From an uncultured bacterium (GTDB lineage: Bacteria; Hydrothermota; UBA3073), in the NCBI GenBank assembly GCA_964422625.1, contig CAYRBN010000001.1:1-47226 (forward strand): DNA of 47,226 nt. The letters are read 5' to 3'. Below are positions 42,959 to 47,226 of this stretch, piece by piece. How positions within the stretch are numbered: the stretch's first letter is position 1; every line of letters begins with the position of its first letter. Under the pieces are notes generated by a model. That model ran no database searches and was not told where the DNA came from. It saw only the letters and a list, made by a program, of their open reading frames with translations. The translations under genes and the position numbers were made by a program.

Positions 42959-43723
42959 TCACCGGGTTTTTCTGTCTCTCTCTTTTTTGGTGTCTGTCTT
43001 GTTGCCATCTTGATTACCTCCTTTCAATATAACCTCATCATACAATCTTCTTGCAAACCTGAGGTCATCCCATGCACCATGCTTCCAGCTCTCATGATAG
43101 AGAAGAGCAGCGGGATGATATGTGGGAATTACCTTTATATTATTGTAATACAAAATATTTCCCCTTATAGAAGATAGAGAGCCGTCATAACCAAGCAAAA
43201 GATTGATGGCATGCCTGCCAAGTGCAAGTATAAGCTCAGGATTTATAATCTCTATCTGTCTTTTGAGATGCATCTTGCAAGACTCTACCTCATCTGGTTC
43301 TGGGTCTCTGTTACCAGGAGGTCTACACTTGAGAACATTGGCTATATACACATCATCCCTCGTTAATTCTATTGCCTCTAACATCTTTGTAAGCAGCTTT
43401 CCAGCCCTACCAACAAATGGCTCACCCTTTATATCCTCTTCCTCTCCCGGCGCCTCTCCAATAAGCATCATAATTGCATGTTCATCACCTTTTCCAAATA
43501 CCGTATTTTTTCTTGTCTTGTGGAGTTGGCATCGTTTACATTCCTTGCAAAGCGCTTCTAATTCCCTTAGGGAACTCACCACTTTATATGGCTTTTTTTC
43601 TTGCGTAGCTGAAGCTACGCTACTACTTGGTAAAGAAACCCTGTCAAAGAACAGAAACTCCTCTCCAAGCATCTCTATCTCTTTTAGATAGTTCAAAACA
43701 AGTGTTCTCAGGCTATCTCGCAT
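42959..43723 (-). CDS. udg: family-4 uracil-DNA glycosylase (Fe-S type) with N- and C-terminal extensions
   Basis: CKRCQL...GEAPGEEEDIKGEPFVGRAGKLL and HPAALL motifs. Confidence 0.85.
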   Translation of the reverse strand: MRDSLRTLVLNYLKEIEMLGEEFLFFDRVSLPSSSVASATQEKKPYKVVSSLRELEALCKECKRCQLHKTRKNTVFGKGDEHAIMMLIGEAPGEEEDIKGEPFVGRAGKLLTKMLEAIELTRDDVYIANVLKCRPPGNRDPEPDEVESCKMHLKRQIEIINPELILALGRHAINLLLGYDGSLSSIRGNILYYNNIKVIPTYHPAALLYHESWKHGAWDDLRFARRLYDEVILKGGNQDGNKTDTKKERDRKTR

Positions 43724-43731
43724 ACTCCATC

Positions 43732-43774
43732 CCCTTCCCTTTTTCCTTTATCCTTTTTCCTTTATCCTTTTTTT
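43732..43774 (-). repeat. ggataaa/ggaaaaa heptamer array spanning the coaBC stop and the coaBC-udg spacer
   Basis: The minus strand reads aaaaaaaggataaaggaaaaaggataaaggaaaaagggaaggg and encodes ..KKRIKEKG-stop. Confidence 0.85.
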
Positions 43775-44920
43775 ATACAACCTCTCAACTCTGTCAAGTA
43801 TTATACAGGATGCTTTTTTTTTGCTCATAAGAGGATATGTAGTCTGACTGCCATCCCTTTTTATTATAGTAAATGTTGTATCTTTTTCCCCTATCACAGA
43901 AGGTGCATTTGCTACAATCATATCAAGTGATTTTTCATAGAGCTTTTTCTTGGAGTTCTCTATAAGTTCACCGTCTTCAAGAGAAAAGCCTATCAGTATC
44001 TTCTCCCTCCCCTTTTTTCTCAATTTTTTGAGAATGTCCTCGGTTGGCTCCATCCGCAGGGTGAGAGTGCCATTTCTCCTTTCTATTTTGGTCTTACTTA
44101 TCTTTTGGGGTCTGAAGTCTGATACTGCCGCAGCCATTATAACTATATCATTATCAGGAAGAAGTTCTAAAAGTTTCTCTTCAAGCTCTTTTGCATTGTG
44201 CACCCTTATACCCCACGATATCGGAAAATCAGTTGCTCCCTTCACAAGAGTAACACTTCCCCCCCTTCTCCTTATCTCTTTTGCTATCTCATACCCCATA
44301 AGTCCCGAAGATCTGTTTGTGACAACCCTCACAGAGTCTATATTCTCCTCAGTTCGCCCTGTGGTAACCAGGATTTTCACCCCCAGGAGGGAAGAGGACT
44401 TTTTCATAATATCATAGACATATTCTACTATTGTTTCAGGCTCAGCCAGCCTTCCTTCTCCCTTATCTCCACATGCAACCTCACCCTCCTCCGGGGGTAT
44501 GATAAAATAGCCAAGATCCTTTAGTCTATTGATATTATTTTGTATTATGGGATTATTCCACATAGCAGGATTCATAGCAGGAGCAATCACCACAGGACAT
44601 CTTGCAGCGGCAACCACAGATGTCAAAAGGTCATCTGCAACACCTGCGATTATCTTACCTATTATATTGTAGCTTGCAGGGGCTATCAGTATGAGGTCAT
44701 TATGTGCAAGGCTTATATGAAGCAACTTCTCTTCTGGGATAAATGAGCCCTTAAATATTTTATGTTCTGACAATACAGAGAGTGTTAATGGGGATACAAA
44801 ATACTCCGCAGAAGAGGTGAGCACACAGAATAGATCCTCACCTTTCTTCTTAAATTCTCTCAAGATATGTATTGCCTTATAGGCAGATATACTGCCTGTT
44901 ATGCCGAGAGTGATTTTCAT
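43748..44920 (-). CDS. coaBC: bifunctional phosphopantothenoylcysteine decarboxylase/synthetase
   Basis: 390 aa. Flavoprotein N-domain (ITLGITGSISAYK) plus the CoaB C-domain. ATGA overlap with the rpoZ stop. Confidence 0.95.
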   Translation of the reverse strand: MKITLGITGSISAYKAIHILREFKKKGEDLFCVLTSSAEYFVSPLTLSVLSEHKIFKGSFIPEEKLLHISLAHNDLILIAPASYNIIGKIIAGVADDLLTSVVAAARCPVVIAPAMNPAMWNNPIIQNNINRLKDLGYFIIPPEEGEVACGDKGEGRLAEPETIVEYVYDIMKKSSSLLGVKILVTTGRTEENIDSVRVVTNRSSGLMGYEIAKEIRRRGGSVTLVKGATDFPISWGIRVHNAKELEEKLLELLPDNDIVIMAAAVSDFRPQKISKTKIERRNGTLTLRMEPTEDILKKLRKKGREKILIGFSLEDGELIENSKKKLYEKSLDMIVANAPSVIGEKDTTFTIIKRDGSQTTYPLMSKKKASCIILDRVERLYKKRIKEKG

Positions 44921-45111
44921 TTATGGGGCTCTTCATATTCAACCTCTCCACTAATAAATCTATCCAGAGCTAAAACAATGGGGCTTTTCTCGGTCTCTGG
45001 AGCAAATTGCTGTATCCTCTTTGCCTCTTTCCCAATAACGACAATTGCCTTGTATTTATTTTCTGCGATCTTCCAGACATCTTCTGTGGGTATAAGGTAT
45101 TCTCTTTCCAT
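44917..45111 (-). CDS. rpoZ: RNA polymerase omega subunit
   Basis: 64 aa with NKYKAIVVIGKEAKRIQQ (RpoZ helix pattern). RBS is GAGGGGGA. Conserved position upstream of coaBC. Confidence 0.8.
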   Translation of the reverse strand: MEREYLIPTEDVWKIAENKYKAIVVIGKEAKRIQQFAPETEKSPIVLALDRFISGEVEYEEPHK

Positions 45112-45917
45112 GTTCCCCCTCTGTTATAAGGTAAGGTATTACGAATCTCTTTGTTATTTTTAGGTTGGGTTCCACTCTTTACATTACATTCAATTCCATT
45201 ATTTCCAAAAAACTGAGTCACTACATCAGCACAATCTTCATAAAAATCTTTACTACCACTGAATTGACTTGATGGGCTACTATAGTTTAATTTTTCAAAA
45301 ATAATTTTATCCACAAAAGCAATCTCTTCTAAGATTTTTCGCAAATCTTGTTTTACTAAATTCGGTGTCGGATAAGGTTCCATACAAACCCATGTCTTCA
45401 ACCCCAGCCTATGTAAGCGGTTCAAGGCTTTTATCCTGTCCTTGTATCCCGCGGCATAAGGTTCATATCTTCTTCTGAAATCTTCGTCCAATGAGACTAA
45501 AGTGATTCCATACTGGTTATCTCTGCTGTATTCGGTTATCTCTTCTGGATAGATACCTTTTGTTAAAACCATACAAGGAATATTATTCTTATTTAATCTT
45601 TCAATTATAGTCAAGCTTAAATTTGATACTTCAGGATATTGATACATAAAAGGGTCGGTTGAAAAGCATAGATGGACAGATTTAATCTTCTGTCTGTATT
45701 TAGGAATTTCTCTCTCTAATAATTCTAATGTATTAGCCACAATTTTAGGTTCTATCCAATCTTTATAATCTTTTATGATCCCATATCTTTTTTTCATCAA
45801 CATTGCGTAGCAAGGAAATCTACATCCGTGAGCACATCCTTCTATATGATTTATGCAAAAATCAGCAGATTCAACTCTGCTCTGGTATAATAAAGTTTTA
45901 CGAACTATTGTCTTCAT
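44970..45917 (-). CDS. radical-SAM-like protein (COG1533/SplB-like) whose 3' end runs 142 nt out-of-frame into rpoZ
   Basis: GCAHGCRFPCYA cluster (CX3CX3C), LCFSTDPF and VLTKG motifs. AT-rich. ATG 45917 was chosen, with no clear RBS. Confidence 0.55.
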   Translation of the reverse strand: MKTIVRKTLLYQSRVESADFCINHIEGCAHGCRFPCYAMLMKKRYGIIKDYKDWIEPKIVANTLELLEREIPKYRQKIKSVHLCFSTDPFMYQYPEVSNLSLTIIERLNKNNIPCMVLTKGIYPEEITEYSRDNQYGITLVSLDEDFRRRYEPYAAGYKDRIKALNRLHRLGLKTWVCMEPYPTPNLVKQDLRKILEEIAFVDKIIFEKLNYSSPSSQFSGSKDFYEDCADVVTQFFGNNGIECNVKSGTQPKNNKEIRNTLPYNRGGTWKENTLYPQKMSGRSQKINTRQLSLLGKRQRGYSNLLQRPRKAPLF

Positions 45918-46005
45918 ACAGATAGAGTTCAGCGGCGGCGGATTTATCCAGCGGTCCACTGCAACGATTGGTTAGATGTCTTATTCTAACTATTGAAGTC
46001 TGTTG

Positions 46006-46386
46006 TCACTTGACCAGAGCATGAGGAATATTCGGACTCGCAGGATTTGGAGTTATAGTTTGTCTTGCGGGATCCAACACAAGATCCATATCCTCCATAG
46101 GCACAGCTCCCATTAGCACCGAATCACCAAGAACAAGAGCACCTGTAAAACATGTCCGCCCCTCAAAATTGATCTGGACTGGACCGACATACGATACCAC
46201 CATATTTCTTCCGTCAGCCGTTGTAATTTCTCGTTTCTCAATTTCCACAAGTTTGAGTTGGAGTGTAATATGTTCTGGTATGCACAAAGTTATTGCTCCT
46301 GTATCAACTAACGCATCGACCTCAACAGGTTTCAGATCAGACTCCCGAGGATTCGATAGTGCTATCTTTGCATGGATATATCCCAT
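46006..46386 (-). CDS. retropepsin-like (clan AA) aspartic protease
   Basis: ALVDTGAITLCIP (DTG active site) in a 126-aa single-lobe protein. RBS is AAGGAGGG. Confidence 0.75.
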   Translation of the reverse strand: MGYIHAKIALSNPRESDLKPVEVDALVDTGAITLCIPEHITLQLKLVEIEKREITTADGRNMVVSYVGPVQINFEGRTCFTGALVLGDSVLMGAVPMEDMDLVLDPARQTITPNPASPNIPHALVK

Positions 46387-46441
46387 TAAACCCTCCTTTT
46401 GTAATGTTAAGTATTGTGAAAAAACTTAACCACAGAGAAAA

Positions 46442-46483
46442 GAATTGAGAATTATAAATTAAGAATTGAGAATTGAAAATTGG
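46442..46483. repeat. gaattga/aaattaa heptamer array flanked by the short inverted repeat CACAGAGAAAA/TTTTCTCTGTG
   Basis: The sequence reads gaattgagaattataaattaagaattgagaattgaaaattgg. The same word family occurs inside the CDS at 27769-27802. Confidence 0.8.
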
Positions 46484-46589
46484 AGTTAGCTATTTTTCTC
46501 TGTGCACTCTTTTAGTGCAAAAATCCTCATTAAGATATACTACGACTTTTATATTAGAGAGCACAGAGAATCCTTTGAGAATCACAGAT

Positions 46590-46618
46590 AACCAACTAAC
46601 AAACTAACCAACTAATTT
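46590..46618 (-). repeat. gttagtt-type array forming the last codons and stop of gmk
   Basis: The minus strand reads aaattagttggttagtttgttagttggtt and encodes ..K-L-V-G-stop. Confidence 0.85.
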
Positions 46619-47170
46619 ACCCTGCTTCACTATTATCGCTGAAACCTCTCTTACTGCATCTTTCAGAGATTCATTTCTTACTGTCCAGTCAAATCTTCCT
46701 ATCTCATTCATTTCTCTCTCTACCTCTTTGATTCTTCTGTTTATTGTATCCATCCCATCGCCTCTCTCTATAAGTCTCTTCTTTAGCTCTTCTATGGAAG
46801 GCGGAGATAGGAAGATAGTAACTACATCCTCTCTTTTGGATTTCATAGTGAGAGCACCCTGGATATCAAGGTCAAGTATAACACTATAACCTTTATCTAA
46901 TAGCTCATCAACAGGTTCCCTGGGAGTGCCGTAGTAATCTCCGTAAACAACTGCCCACTCATAGAACCTATCTTCCTTAATCCATCTCTTAAATGTAGAA
47001 ACATCCAGAAAATAGTAGTCTCTACCGTCAAGCTCATTCTTTCTTAGTTTTCTCGTTGTAACAGATATTGAATATCTTATATCTTTGTGCAGTTTCAATA
47101 GCTCTTGCGCCACCGAGGTTTTGCCTACACCTGATGGACCTACTATAACTATCATAACTGGCTTGTTCAT
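46604..47170 (-). CDS. gmk: guanylate kinase
   Basis: GPSGVGKTS P-loop and TTRKLR...G.DYYF motif. 188 aa. Confidence 0.95.
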   Translation of the reverse strand: MNKPVMIVIVGPSGVGKTSVAQELLKLHKDIRYSISVTTRKLRKNELDGRDYYFLDVSTFKRWIKEDRFYEWAVVYGDYYGTPREPVDELLDKGYSVILDLDIQGALTMKSKREDVVTIFLSPPSIEELKKRLIERGDGMDTINRRIKEVEREMNEIGRFDWTVRNESLKDAVREVSAIIVKQGKLVG

Positions 47171-47226
47171 CCTAATTAGTTACCGGTGAAAAATTGCCAA
47201 AACTACAATCAATACCGATATTCCTT
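47171..47226 (-). repeat. about 50-nt block shared by the gmk and mnmA 5' regions
   Basis: 47176-47226 aligns with 7868-7915 at roughly 43 of 50 positions. In both cases the block abuts the start codon of a minus-strand gene. Confidence 0.7.

Overview
This 47.2-kb window comes from a low/moderate-GC, uncultured-type bacterium. Two large secreted proteins end in T9SS (Por) C-terminal sorting domains. That suggests an FCB-group lineage, but this is inference because no rRNA is present. The genetic code is standard and most genes are intact.

The backbone is housekeeping: acs; a nifS-mnmA-nadA-thiN-ThiI-like block; OsmC; a Na/Pi-PhoU transporter; a DegT aminotransferase; speE-speD; sppA; nfu; tRNA-Ala(CGC); nfo; a class-III aminotransferase; holA; rtcB; ychF; an M23 peptidase; mlaFE; dnaB; udg; coaBC-rpoZ; gmk.

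Accessory content:
(i) An AT-rich restriction-modification-like operon at 85-2649. A gamma-class N6A methylase with no obvious target-recognition domain is translationally coupled to a wHTH-Mrr_cat-RAMA-like nuclease and a zinc-ribbon protein.
(ii) A second AT-rich island at 40260-42845, between dnaB and udg. It holds an SPPY beta-class methylase, a PUA-like/PD-(D/E)xK nuclease and three tiny ORFs, one of which is missing from the ORF track.
(iii) An operon of three paralogous zinc-ribbon/TPR/TM/HEAT-repeat proteins (30773-34130).
(iv) A radical-SAM plus retropepsin-like insertion that splits gmk from rpoZ.

The most unusual signal is non-coding. Almost every intergenic spacer is built from concatenated arrays of degenerate tandem heptamers, about a dozen different words. 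These arrays are orientation-locked to the upstream gene, supply terminal codons and stop codons to several genes, and sit in-frame inside one T9SS sorting domain.

Other non-coding features: several REP-like hairpin families; one MITE with 23-bp TIRs and an 8-bp TSD; a palindromic element that carries an outward -35 box; and four consensus promoters so close to the ATG that the mRNAs must be leaderless.
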